A DNA stretch of 64,000 nucleotides from an uncultured delta proteobacterium (GCA_963708295.1 CAVPSJ010000008.1:96001-160000); one strand, 5' to 3'; counted from the stretch's first letter, positions 43,643 to 53,192 are shown. A program made the numbers and translations. The notes: generated by a model not told the origin, from the letters alone.

Positions 43643-44809
43643 TCAACGCGCGGCAAGGAAATCCATCGCCGCCATGACACCACCTTGTTTATAAGGCACG
43701 CCGGTCAGGGCAAACCCCATTTCCACCCCGCCCAGGGTCCCGATCAACATCAGGTCGTTGAAATCCCCCAGGTGGCCGATCCGAAAGACCCGATCCTTTA
43801 GTATTCCCAGACCGTTTCCCAGGGACATGTTGAACTTGTCAAGCACCGTCGCCCGGAATGCGTCCGCGCTGTGCCCCTCGGGCATCAGGACCGTCGTCAG
43901 GACCGGACTGTACTCTTCGGGGTTAAGACAGAGGATCGGAAGCTCCCAGGTCCGAACCGCCCGACGCGCGGCTTCGCCATGACGATGATGACGGTTGAAG
44001 ACGTTTTCGAGTTCTTCTTCCATCAGCATGCGGAGGGATTCCCTGAGGCCGTAGAGCAGATTGGTCGCCGGAGAGCTCGGGAAAAAGCCGTCCTTGTTGG
44101 CCGTGAACATCTCATCCCAGGACCAGTAGGATTTGATGAGACGGGCTTTTTTCGAAGCGGCAAGGGCCTTGGCGCTGACCGCGTTGAACCCGAGGCCGGG
44201 AGGAAGCATGAGCCCCTTCTGCGAGCAGCCGACTGTGACGTCTACCCCCCATTCGTCGTGGCGGTAGTCGATGGAGCCGAGGGAGGAGATCGTATCGATC
44301 ATGAAGAGCGCCGGATGGCCGGCCCGGTCAATGGCCTGACGCACCTCGGCGATTCGGCTCGTGACGCCAGTGGATGTTTCATTATGAACGACGGCAACCG
44401 CCTTAAAGGAGTGTTTTCGATCTTCGGTTAATTTCGATTCGACCACAGCGGGATCGACACCATGGCGCCAGTCCCCGGAAACGAAGTCAACCTCCAGCCC
44501 CAGGCGGATCGCCATATTCTTCCAGAGGGTGGCAAAGTGCCCCGTTTCGAACATCAGTACCTTGTCCCCGGGCGAGAGGGTGTTGACCAGGCTCGCCTCC
44601 CACGCGCCGGTTCCTGACGAGGCGAAGATCATGACGGGACCGGCCGTTTTGAACACGCCTTTGAGACCTTCAAACACCTCGCCGGCCAGCGCCTTGAACT
44701 CGGGTCCGCGGTGATCGATGGTCGGTTTGGCCATGGCCCGCAGGACCCGTTCAGGCACGTTCGTTGGCCCCGGAATCTGCAGGAAATGACGTCCACTCGG
44801 ATCTGACAT
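43643..44809 (-). CDS. Serine/alanine-glyoxylate aminotransferase (class V PLP)
   Basis: GRHFLQIPGPTNVP, HNETSTG, DTISS, SQKGLMLPPG and FRIGHLG motifs. Confidence 0.92.
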   Translation of the reverse strand: MSDPSGRHFLQIPGPTNVPERVLRAMAKPTIDHRGPEFKALAGEVFEGLKGVFKTAGPVMIFASSGTGAWEASLVNTLSPGDKVLMFETGHFATLWKNMAIRLGLEVDFVSGDWRHGVDPAVVESKLTEDRKHSFKAVAVVHNETSTGVTSRIAEVRQAIDRAGHPALFMIDTISSLGSIDYRHDEWGVDVTVGCSQKGLMLPPGLGFNAVSAKALAASKKARLIKSYWSWDEMFTANKDGFFPSSPATNLLYGLRESLRMLMEEELENVFNRHHRHGEAARRAVRTWELPILCLNPEEYSPVLTTVLMPEGHSADAFRATVLDKFNMSLGNGLGILKDRVFRIGHLGDFNDLMLIGTLGGVEMGFALTGVPYKQGGVMAAMDFLAAR

Positions 44810-44879
44810 CTCTATTCCTCCGCCTGTCTTGATAGTCTCTAAGTGGCAAAAAAAAGGGTAAGAGCTCGCTTCAGGGTCG

Positions 44880-44913
44880 GTTGTTTATACAAGAAAGAGA
44901 AATTGCATGTCAA
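44880..44913 (-). promoter_or_regulatory. sigma70 promoter of the aminotransferase-TTT operon
   Basis: Minus strand TTGACA-18 bp-TATAAA overlapping TTGTATAAACAA. Confidence 0.55.
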
Positions 44914-45101
44914 GAGAAAAGACCGCAAGATAGTAACCCTCAGAAGGTGAGAAAATCCCCGAACGGTAAGCCCGCCGGTCGAAAAGTGGATATCCCATCG
45001 GAGCTGCAATGACCGATCACAGAGGGTTCTGTGCCCGTCGTCCGTGGCGACCGGTCGCGGAACTTCCGCGTAGTCCCCTGATCTCCTCCCGCCCCGCTTT
45101 T

Positions 45102-45769
45102 TCACACGCCTTCTGCGACGTCCTTCCTGCCGGCCTTTTCTCCTTTCCGGATATTCTCAAGAAGCAATTCCGCCCGGACCGGATTGAAAACCCCGCACTC
45201 GCAGCACCTGGCCATGACCGTTGCAGCTTTTTTCGGCGTCAGTCTACGCAACTTGACATAGTCGATCATCTTCCTGATCAGGTTGAATGAAACCATGCCA
45301 TGGCCGCACATCGGAGTTAAATTCCAAGATTTCCCTTTCAGGCAAGCGGTCCGTTGCCCCCCAGAAACCGAGGGAATGCTCGACGCTGTGCCGCTGGATA
45401 CCGGCCTTCCGGCAGCACTCCTGCACCTCCTCCAGGAGTCCGCTGACGTTGATGGAGATTCCCAGGTCGGCCGCGATCAGTTCCTCCACCACCTTTTGGA
45501 GGCGTATCGAGGTCAGTGAAGACGGCGGCTGCCCCTGCGCCATCTTCCTGGTTGGCGATCAATTTCTCGATTTCAATGTCGTCCTGATGGATATTCCCCT
45601 GTTTGCCGTCCCCCATATTCACGGGGTGATATTTGAGGCAGATTCGCATGAATTCCCGAAGCTTCGGGGCAGACCCTTCACGGGTGATTCCCTTTGCCGT
45701 ATGGGCGAAGATGACGTAATCGTTTCTTAAGCTTTCCGCAGACCCTTGACGATGAAGGGTGTTGGTCAT
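45102..45769 (-). CDS. Uncharacterised Cys-motif protein B, copy 2 (two indels)
   Basis: MTNTLHRQG, ISINVSGL, HSVEHSLGFWG, MCGHG and CCECGVFN; paralog of 50873-51520. Confidence 0.8.
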
Positions 45770-45781
45770 GGGTTACCCTCC

Positions 45782-46582
45782 TTAAATAAGGGGCGGCCCA
45801 ATCCGATATTTGTTTTTCCGTTTGCCGAAAGTCGGTATCCGGCATTTCTTCACCCACTCCACATGGGGAATCGATCCATCTGGAAGGGCCCTAGATGCCG
45901 CCCCCACGCTGATCACCGTATCGATTTCTTTCTGGACATTTTCCAATGCCCGGAGAAACTCAGGTATCCGGTCGAGTCTCGTCTTAATTTCGATGATGGC
46001 GGAGAGGACCTTCTCGTTCAGAATCTCTTCTTTCATTTTCCCGGTTTCCGTATCGACCATCAGCTGGGTGACGGGGTTTTCCTTTTCGAAGTGGGGTTTG
46101 AGCTTGCGAGAGCCATGGCCACTTTCTCGATGTCTCGAGAAGAAAGCTCCGGTTCCGGGTCTTCCCATTTCGACGACAAGCCCCACGTCTCCCTGCGGAG
46201 CCTTCCGGTGACGTCGTTGCGTTTTGATCTCGTCTGTTCCGCGCCCCATGACCCCTGTGCCCGGATGAACCGTCGTAGGATCGCTGAAGACGGCCCGGAG
46301 ACTCCTCGGCCATTCGAGTTGGGGAAGGGTGAGGGCGCCTGTCGGACAGACATCGACCTCGGCAAGATAGTTAAGTCGAAAGAGGGAGAGCACTCTCCGG
46401 ATTCCCCGGACAAACCAGGGCGAATATCCTTCACTCCGGCATACCCGGTGGCAGGTATTGCATTCCACGCACTCCTCCTGATTGACAACGGACTTGCCGT
46501 CTTCATCCAGATAGATCACGCCCATGGTGCAGACTGCGTGACAGTTCCCGCAGCCCACGCATTTCTTCTTATCGATCTCCAT
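45782..46582 (-). CDS. Uncharacterised ferredoxin-domain protein A, copy 2
   Basis: CVGCGNC..VC, CVECNTC..VC, VCP, GRGTDEIKT, EMGRPG, ENPVT and LSAIIE; paralog of 51517-52293. Confidence 0.85.
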   Translation of the reverse strand: MEIDKKKCVGCGNCHAVCTMGVIYLDEDGKSVVNQEECVECNTCHRVCRSEGYSPWFVRGIRRVLSLFRLNYLAEVDVCPTGALTLPQLEWPRSLRAVFSDPTTVHPGTGVMGRGTDEIKTQRRHRKAPQGDVGLVVEMGRPGTGAFFSRHRESGHGSRKLKPHFEKENPVTQLMVDTETGKMKEEILNEKVLSAIIEIKTRLDRIPEFLRALENVQKEIDTVISVGAASRALPDGSIPHVEWVKKCRIPTFGKRKNKYRIGPPLI

Positions 46583-46609
46583 GAGTTTTCCTTACTTCAG
46601 AATAAACGT

Positions 46610-46826
46610 TTCACCGCAGAGCCGCCGAGGGCGCAAAGAAAGAATTTTTTGTTTGTCGGGAGATACCGACAAACAAAAAGGCTTCTTTTTTTCTGTGATA
46701 TGAGTGCCAAGGGCATAAAATGGTCGATCTTATTCCCCAAGCGAAAGAGTTTCTGCTCCAATCGTCGTCTCCCGATTGGGGCAGAATAAAACTTCCCTCT
46801 GCGATCTCTGCGGCTCTGCGGTGGAA
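46610..46826. repeat. CACCGCAGAG...CTCTGCGGTG long palindromic repeat
   Basis: Complementary arms plus an internal TTTTTGTTTGTCGG/CCGACAAACAAAAA hairpin. Confidence 0.7.
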
Positions 46827-46878
46827 ACTGGTCATGGACTTAAGCCGCAATCGATTCTACCGTTCTTAGGCGGCAGGA

Positions 46879-48606
46879 TTACTTCTTCCAGGCGTATCCG
46901 GAAAGTCGATGTCCGGTCTCTATCCCGAGATCCTTAATCATGAGCGAAGCCTTTGCCCTGGCTTCCATTTTTTTATCCATGGGAATATGAAGCCCGGCGC
47001 CGAACCTCTCGCTGCACAATTGAGATAAGGTGCCCAGTGTCTTTGGGCTTCCAGTAATTGGAAGGGCAGGCCAGAAGTAGACCGGGATGCCCATTGCCAA
47101 CATGGCCATGGCTTCGGTTACCTCAGAACTTCTGTTGGCTTCCGCAAAACAGGCAAAGATCGGGTAATTTTTAAGGTCCTTTTTCCCGGCCGCTGCGATG
47201 CTCAAAAGGAAATCAGTGATCCCGCCATTCTCACTGCTTCCAAGGTCGATCACCGGAGGAATGTTTTTGCCGAGGGATGGAAGCAGTTCGGACAGCCCTT
47301 TCCCGGTTTCTTTCCCGTTCTTATCGGGATTCAGGAACCCGTACTTGGCAAGGGCGATGCTCGCTTCTCCTCCGGACAAGCAGAGAATGTCTTTCCTTAA
47401 GAGCTCTTCAACAATTGTAGCAATCTCTCTGTCCTGGGTGAACTTCACATTGCCGCTTCCCGAGAAGATCGCTATCCCTTTAATGCTCTTTCTTGTCAGA
47501 GCATCCAGGATCTTCTTCACGTTCAGATCGTCGGATGAAAAGCCCAACTGGGCAGATTCCCTGCTTTCAGGAATATCTCTCGACAAGACCTTTCGGAATT
47601 GAAAGGACTTCTTTGCCTTCTCAATAATTTCTCTGGCCATGGCATCGGGCTTCTGCTGCGGGTTCAGGCCTTCTGCCGGAACGATGGGGATCTCCCATTC
47701 CTTCGCGATCGCTGCGAGAGAGGGATTAACGAATTGGTCTCCGGCCACAATCAGGTCAACGGCACCGGTCATGAGGGGGATCTCCTGGGAACCGTAATTT
47801 GTCGCCGCGCCGAGCGAATAGGGCGGAAGCAAGGGATCCGTACAGACACCCAGAACGTTCACTTTCGCCTTCTTCGCTGCCTCAACGATTTTATACTTGA
47901 GAACGGGAGAGAAGTACCCGTACAGAAGGATGTTGGGCGCCCCCTTTTGCAGGATCCCGAGATTAACCTCCACCTTCGTGGGCGTCGAATCACCGAAGAC
48001 TGACTTTTTCAGCTTTCCGTGAATCCTCTGGGCCAGACAGGCCAGAAGTGAGACCCTGAAAGCCCAGAGAAGGATTTCTTCCACACCTGCGATTCCTCCC
48101 TCCAGCTTTCCGGAGGCTTTTAAGAGATCCTTGTTCAATCCTCTGGGAGAGACTCCCATCTCCTCCCAAAGGCGGATCAAAGCCCTTGGAAAATCTTTCT
48201 TCACCCCGTTTCCTCCATTCGCAAGGAGGTCCACTGTTTCTTTGAGAATCAGATCCGTTTCACCTTTCTTCTTCGGTTTGATTCCGCCGGACTCAACCCC
48301 TTCCTTAAAGCCGCTGACCTGGTCGAGGACGGCCATTGCCCCTTTCATGACAAGCCTTAACAGGGCCTGACTTGCCAGTATGTCTTTATCCTTGCCACAC
48401 ACTCCTGTCTTATTCGAATCCCGGAAGGGATGGCTGATACAGGGACCCTGGAGGCAGTCCCGGCAGCTCAACCCGGCTTCACAAAATCCGCATTCCGGAA
48501 GCTGACCTTCGAGACGGTCCCAGACCAGGGAAATCTCCCTGTCTGCGGCCTTTGGCAAGAAAGCTTCAATGGCGCTGTCAGCGGTCTTTTTCTGGATGAA
48601 CTCCAT
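46879..48606 (-). CDS. CooS/HCP (prismane) family protein retaining D/B cluster Cys but lacking most C-cluster ligands
   Basis: VWDR...CGFCEAGLSCRDCLQGPC...GVCG and QEIPLMTGAVD; the C-cluster positions are substituted. Confidence 0.88.
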   Translation of the reverse strand: MEFIQKKTADSAIEAFLPKAADREISLVWDRLEGQLPECGFCEAGLSCRDCLQGPCISHPFRDSNKTGVCGKDKDILASQALLRLVMKGAMAVLDQVSGFKEGVESGGIKPKKKGETDLILKETVDLLANGGNGVKKDFPRALIRLWEEMGVSPRGLNKDLLKASGKLEGGIAGVEEILLWAFRVSLLACLAQRIHGKLKKSVFGDSTPTKVEVNLGILQKGAPNILLYGYFSPVLKYKIVEAAKKAKVNVLGVCTDPLLPPYSLGAATNYGSQEIPLMTGAVDLIVAGDQFVNPSLAAIAKEWEIPIVPAEGLNPQQKPDAMAREIIEKAKKSFQFRKVLSRDIPESRESAQLGFSSDDLNVKKILDALTRKSIKGIAIFSGSGNVKFTQDREIATIVEELLRKDILCLSGGEASIALAKYGFLNPDKNGKETGKGLSELLPSLGKNIPPVIDLGSSENGGITDFLLSIAAAGKKDLKNYPIFACFAEANRSSEVTEAMAMLAMGIPVYFWPALPITGSPKTLGTLSQLCSERFGAGLHIPMDKKMEARAKASLMIKDLGIETGHRLSGYAWKK

Positions 48607-48671
48607 GGTATCTCCTTTCGTCTATAAGTCGTACCCGGTAATTTTCAGGGTTTCTTCAGGTTTGCCTGTTT

Positions 48672-49148
48672 TCATCCTTTCACGGAACTAATGGGCTCAA
48701 AGGCCTTCTTCCGATAATCCTTCCGGTCTTCCAGCTGGATGGCCTTGGTCGGGCAGACCTCTGCGCAGATCGGATAGCCCATATTCCGGCAGCGGTCGCA
48801 TTTGATTGCCACTTTCATGGAAGACGAGGGATTGATAATGCCGAAGGGGCAGACCATGACGCACATCCAGCAGGCAATGCAGGTCGGCTCATGGACAAAG
48901 ACCAGTCCCGTCTCCGGGTCCCGGCGCATCGTCCCATTGGGACAGGCCTCGATACAGGGCGGATTTTCACAGTGCCGGCACTGGAGAGCGAAGTTTTTCC
49001 CCTCCACATGGACACGGGGCACCGGCTGCGGTTGCTCCTGGATCGCCCCATAGAGCTCTTTAGACAGGGACCCGATTTCTGTCCCGCACCAAAGCTCGCA
49101 CTGATGGCATCCTGTGCATTTATTCTTGTCCACCATTAGAAGTTTCAC
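48672..49148 (-). CDS. CooF/HydN-like 4x[4Fe-4S] electron-transfer protein
   Basis: CTGCHQCELWC, CRHCENPPC..ACP, CIACWMCVMVCP and KCDRC..C..VCP. Confidence 0.9.
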   Translation of the reverse strand: MKLLMVDKNKCTGCHQCELWCGTEIGSLSKELYGAIQEQPQPVPRVHVEGKNFALQCRHCENPPCIEACPNGTMRRDPETGLVFVHEPTCIACWMCVMVCPFGIINPSSSMKVAIKCDRCRNMGYPICAEVCPTKAIQLEDRKDYRKKAFEPISSVKG

Positions 49149-49194
49149 AATATCACCCTCCGTAGCTAATTTATCTAATAATGAATTGGTCTTC

Positions 49195-49330
49195 GAAAAT
49201 TCGAAATCCGAATATCGAAATCCGAAACAAATTCAAAACCCAAATATCCCAATGATCCAAACACGGTGATCTTGTTCTTGATTCTTATGAATTTGGTTTG
49301 TTTCGAATTTCGGATTTCGATATTCGAGTT
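49195..49330. repeat. CGAAATC palindromic repeat
   Basis: cgaaatccgaatatcgaaatccgaaacaaa ... tttcggatttcgatattcg. Confidence 0.75.
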
Positions 49331-49341
49331 TCATCATGTCC

Positions 49342-50649
49342 TTAGAGTCCCGTGTCCATGATCTCCTTGTATTCCGGTTCCATGAACCGGGTTGCATTCC
49401 TCCGGATCAGAGGAAGGAGATCTATAAAATTGAGACTGGGGCTCATCAACTTCGGGATGAATTCCGAGACATCGACCCTCTTCTTCAGGAGAATGGAGAA
49501 GAGACCCGCTTTCTGGGTCTGTCCGACCAGGATCGCCCCTATGATCCGGCCATTCTTCAAGATGAGTTTCCGGTACGTATCCTTCGTTCTCTTCCGGACC
49601 TCCTGAAATTGATCGCCGGGAGCGCACTCCGTGCAGACATCCGCATGGGTAACCCCCATGGAGATCGCAGGGATTCCAATGAAGTTTCCAATGGAGTTCC
49701 GCCGGTAGGAACCTTCGTAGGAAGTCTTCTTTCCGGCCATATTCAAACCGGCGATTCCCCCCTGTTCGAAGGCGCAAACCCAGATGGCATTGATGAAGTT
49801 GGCGTCCCGGGCGATATCGAAGGTTTCTACGACATCACCCGCCGCATAGATATCCGGGGAACTGGTCATCATCTCGCTGTCCACCTTGATGCCCCCGAGA
49901 GACCCGATCTCGATTCCCGCGTTCCGGGCAAGCTCGACAGCAGGCTTGATGCCAACGGAGAGAACGACCATGTCGCATTCGATTTCTCTCGAATCCGTCA
50001 CCACGCTCCGGACACGGCCATTCCCCGTAAACTGGACGGCCTTCTCTCCGGTGATCACTTCGATGCCAAGCTCCTCGACCCTTTTTTGAACGATGGATGC
50101 CGCCTCTTCGTCGAAGACCGTGGGCAAGACGTGGCCCAGCATTTCGAGGAGGGCGACCTTGATTCCCCTTCTCCTGAAGCTGATGCTCGATTCCACGCCG
50201 ATGCTTCCGGCTCCGATCACCACAGCCTTTTTTCCCGGAAAACGATAAATCCTTTCTGCGTCTTCCATGGTCTTCAGAGTGGAAATTCCCTCCTTATCGA
50301 CACCCGGAATGGGCGGGACAATGGGTTTTCCACCTGTTGCGATAAGAAGTTTGTCGAAAGAATAGTGGTTCCCGTCTCCGGTTCGGATCGATTTGGAGGC
50401 GGGGATCACTTCTTCCACCCGCGTTCCCAGATGAGGCGTCACATGGTTCACTTCGAAAAAGTCGGCTGTTCTGAAATTCAGCAGAGGCTTTGAAAGCTCC
50501 TCTGCCACGTAGTACGGGAGAAGTACCCTTGAAAAGAGGGGAGTGGCCTCATCGCTGAACAGGTCGATGGCTGAAGTCCGGTCAATGGATCGAATGGCCT
50601 CCACAGCGCTGATGGCCGCGGCGCTCCCTCCAATAATTACATATCGCAT
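49342..50649 (-). CDS. FAD-dependent NAD(P)H oxidoreductase (CODH-associated FNOR/NirB-like)
   Basis: IIGGSAAA, LIATGG, GAGSIG and YAAGDV motifs; extra CTEC near the C-terminus. Confidence 0.9.
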   Translation of the reverse strand: MRYVIIGGSAAAISAVEAIRSIDRTSAIDLFSDEATPLFSRVLLPYYVAEELSKPLLNFRTADFFEVNHVTPHLGTRVEEVIPASKSIRTGDGNHYSFDKLLIATGGKPIVPPIPGVDKEGISTLKTMEDAERIYRFPGKKAVVIGAGSIGVESSISFRRRGIKVALLEMLGHVLPTVFDEEAASIVQKRVEELGIEVITGEKAVQFTGNGRVRSVVTDSREIECDMVVLSVGIKPAVELARNAGIEIGSLGGIKVDSEMMTSSPDIYAAGDVVETFDIARDANFINAIWVCAFEQGGIAGLNMAGKKTSYEGSYRRNSIGNFIGIPAISMGVTHADVCTECAPGDQFQEVRKRTKDTYRKLILKNGRIIGAILVGQTQKAGLFSILLKKRVDVSEFIPKLMSPSLNFIDLLPLIRRNATRFMEPEYKEIMDTGL

Positions 50650-50674
50650 CGTTTTCTCCTTCCGATGAATTAGA

Positions 50675-50860
50675 GAAAATTCGAAATTCGAATATCGAAA
50701 TCCGAAACAAATCCAAAATCCAGAATTAAGTCCTTAAGAAGTTTCATCCGTAATGGTCATTGATGTTTCGAGCATTCGAGATTGTTTCGAGTTTCGAAAT
50801 TTGTGCTTCGGATTTAAGACGTTCTTGCTTCGAAAGATATCAGATCTTCGTGCTTCGAAG
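50675..50860. repeat. CGAAATC palindromic repeat
   Basis: Same units as 49195-49330. Confidence 0.7.
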
Positions 50861-50872
50861 TCTGCATGTCAT

Positions 50873-51520
50873 TTAGTACAGGCTATGGACCATATATAAA
50901 GGAAGCAATTTACGGAACATTTCTTTTCCCCGGGTCAGGTTATAGTTGCCGCAGGTGCAGCCTCTTGCCAATTCGAAACAGGCATCTTCTACTGTCCTCC
51001 GGCCCCGTTTTACATCCCGGACCATTTTGCGCACCAGGTCAGCAGCGATCATGGCGTGGCCGCACATGGTCACGGTTTCGAGAATCTGAAAATCAGGCAT
51101 CTTCTCGGTCTGCCCCCAGGTGCCAAGGGAATACTCCAGGGAGTGAATTCTTCCCATTCCTGCCTCGTCCATGCACTGCTGGACAACATCTGTCACGCCC
51201 GAAATGATGACCGAGATACCGGGCCGGTTCTCTTTCAAATCCTTCAGCAGGGAAACGATCTTTTCCCGGTTGTCGAAGGTGCACTGGACGATCGTTCCAT
51301 CCGTCACCCGGCTCAGAATATCGTCCATGGTGGTGTTGTAGATGTTTCCGGTCTTCATGTCGCCCAGATTGATGGGGCCATGCTTGTAACAGATGCTTAA
51401 GAACTTCCGCGTGTTTGGCGCTGAGCCCTTTTTGTTTACGCCCGTAGCCGGGCAGCCCAGGACCACGAAGTCCTCTTTCAGGCTCTCCCGATCACCCCTT
51501 CGATGCAGGCTGTGTGTCAT
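50873..51520 (-). CDS. Uncharacterised Cys-motif protein B, copy 1
   Basis: MTHSLHRRG, GISVIISG, HSLEYSLGTWG, TMCGHA and CTCGNYN; start overlaps the stop of A1. Confidence 0.85.
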   Translation of the reverse strand: MTHSLHRRGDRESLKEDFVVLGCPATGVNKKGSAPNTRKFLSICYKHGPINLGDMKTGNIYNTTMDDILSRVTDGTIVQCTFDNREKIVSLLKDLKENRPGISVIISGVTDVVQQCMDEAGMGRIHSLEYSLGTWGQTEKMPDFQILETVTMCGHAMIAADLVRKMVRDVKRGRRTVEDACFELARGCTCGNYNLTRGKEMFRKLLPLYMVHSLY

Positions 51521-52293
51521 GATCTCTCTCCTTCTATCTCATCAGCATAGAACTTGAATGCCGGCAATCCCAAGCCCAGGTTGTTTTTGCTATTGATGGA
51601 GTACCAGAGTCCCTCCTTTTCCAGAACCGGGACGATGGGGATTTCGCCCTCCGGCGGGACCTTTGTAATCACCTCGACCGTGAGGACGGAATCAATCTCC
51701 TTTGCCACCTTCTTCAGGACTCTCAATGCCTCCGGAAGTTTCTCCAGCTTGCATTTTCCTTCGATGATGGCTGAAGTTGCCTTTTCACCCAGGACCTCAT
51801 CCCGGAGCTTTCCTGTGCTCTTGTCCGACATGAAATGGGTGACAGGGTTCTCCATGGCCAGTTGGTATCCCAGGTCCGCAGCCATCAAAGCCATCGCCAC
51901 CTTTTCGACATCCCTGAAATAAGCTCCCACGCCGGGTCTTCCCAATTCAACACCCACGCCGACTTCGCCTGGGAGAAAAGTTCCTTTCACGTCGTTTGTC
52001 TTCATCTCCTCTGTTCCGCGGCCCGGCACCTGGGACCCTGCGAATTCGATGAAGGGGTTGCTCAGGATCCCGCGAACCTCCCTCGGCCACACCTCGTCTT
52101 GCTGGTAGAGGGCTTTCACAGGACAGACATCCGCCCTGAGACATTCGCCGCAATCGGTGCACCCGTCCTGATCGATCTCGATGTAAACCCGGCCATGGAT
52201 GGTATCGTGGCGCTTAAAGGTCTGAATCCTGCCCATCGGACAATAGGGGAAACATCTCTTGCAGGCGATACATTTATCGGGGTCTGCTTTCAT
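51517..52293 (-). CDS. Uncharacterised ferredoxin-domain protein A, copy 1
   Basis: CIACKRC..YCP, CTDCGEC...VCP, GRGTEEMKTNDV, ELGRPG and ENPVT. Confidence 0.88.
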   Translation of the reverse strand: MKADPDKCIACKRCFPYCPMGRIQTFKRHDTIHGRVYIEIDQDGCTDCGECLRADVCPVKALYQQDEVWPREVRGILSNPFIEFAGSQVPGRGTEEMKTNDVKGTFLPGEVGVGVELGRPGVGAYFRDVEKVAMALMAADLGYQLAMENPVTHFMSDKSTGKLRDEVLGEKATSAIIEGKCKLEKLPEALRVLKKVAKEIDSVLTVEVITKVPPEGEIPIVPVLEKEGLWYSINSKNNLGLGLPAFKFYADEIEGERS

Positions 52294-52310
52294 CGTACCT
52301 CCTCAAATCC

Positions 52311-52994
52311 TCATTGCTGCTCAAACATCGCTTTGAGCGCGTCCTCTTTGGCTTCACGGATGTGATCCCGCATCACCCGTTCACAAAGGTCCGGGTCCCT
52401 CAATCGCAAGGCCATCATGACTTTCCGGTGACCCTCCAGAGCCCTCTGCGCCCCCTCCAGATAGTGAAGGGTATCTTTCCGGTATCGCAACACATACCTT
52501 CGAATGTTTACAATCATGTCGTACAGCCGGCGCTTGTGGCCGACCAGGTTGTGCAGGGCGTCATGGAATTCCGTATTCCATTGGAATATCTCGTCGATTT
52601 TTTGCCGCTTCAGAGCGTCTTCGGCGTTTTCAATGAAACCGTTCAACTGTTTAAGGGTTTCTTCTGAGATCGATTCAGAAACGAGTCTCAGCGTGTAGCC
52701 CTCCAGGATGGCGCGGATATCGAACAATTCTTCCATCTCCTCTTTCGAATCCCTGGGGATAATAAATCCTCTTGTCTCAAGAGGCTGAATCAGCCCTTCC
52801 AGTTCCAGCTTATGAAGAGCTTCCCTCACCGGTGTACGGCTGACGCCAAGTTCTTCCGCCAGGTATTCCTCAGTGAGTCTACGGCCGGGATCGAAGGCGC
52901 CGGAGAGAATATTCGTTTTCAGATATTCGTACGTCTTCTTTCTTGCGGGAATGGAATTCTTTTTCGTGATCTGTGAAGAGGCCTGGTTGCTCAA
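52311..52994 (-). CDS. GntR-family regulator (FCD domain)
   Basis: LAEELGVSRTPVREAL, NTEFH and EGH motifs. Confidence 0.93.
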   Translation of the reverse strand: MSNQASSQITKKNSIPARKKTYEYLKTNILSGAFDPGRRLTEEYLAEELGVSRTPVREALHKLELEGLIQPLETRGFIIPRDSKEEMEELFDIRAILEGYTLRLVSESISEETLKQLNGFIENAEDALKRQKIDEIFQWNTEFHDALHNLVGHKRRLYDMIVNIRRYVLRYRKDTLHYLEGAQRALEGHRKVMMALRLRDPDLCERVMRDHIREAKEDALKAMFEQQ

Positions 52995-53192
52995 TATTGT
53001 ATCCAGAATTGGATTTGTCAGAAGAGTAAGGATTGTTTAATATGAATTGAAAATAATGTCAAGAAAAAAATGAAGCAGCTAATTACACTTGAAAATCAAA
53101 TTGTTATGGTGTTATTATATTTTCTGTTTCTGGCAGAGAATTGGGGCGACTGAGCTACAAACCGTCATATCCAGGAAATTTTGGATACAATA
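52995..53192. promoter_or_regulatory. Divergent promoter region with inverted candidate GntR operators
   Basis: TATTGTATCCAGAATT at about 52996 and AATTTTGGATACAATA at about 53177. Confidence 0.6.

Noticed and set aside
46879-48606. Functional Ni-CODH (carboxydotrophy)
   Set aside because: At most one of the six C-cluster ligands remains.
49336-50493. Long antisense ORFs (e.g. 49336-50493, 45746-46789, 1008-2003, 27407-28126)
   Set aside because: They are shadows of well-supported genes on the opposite strand and show no recognisable motifs.
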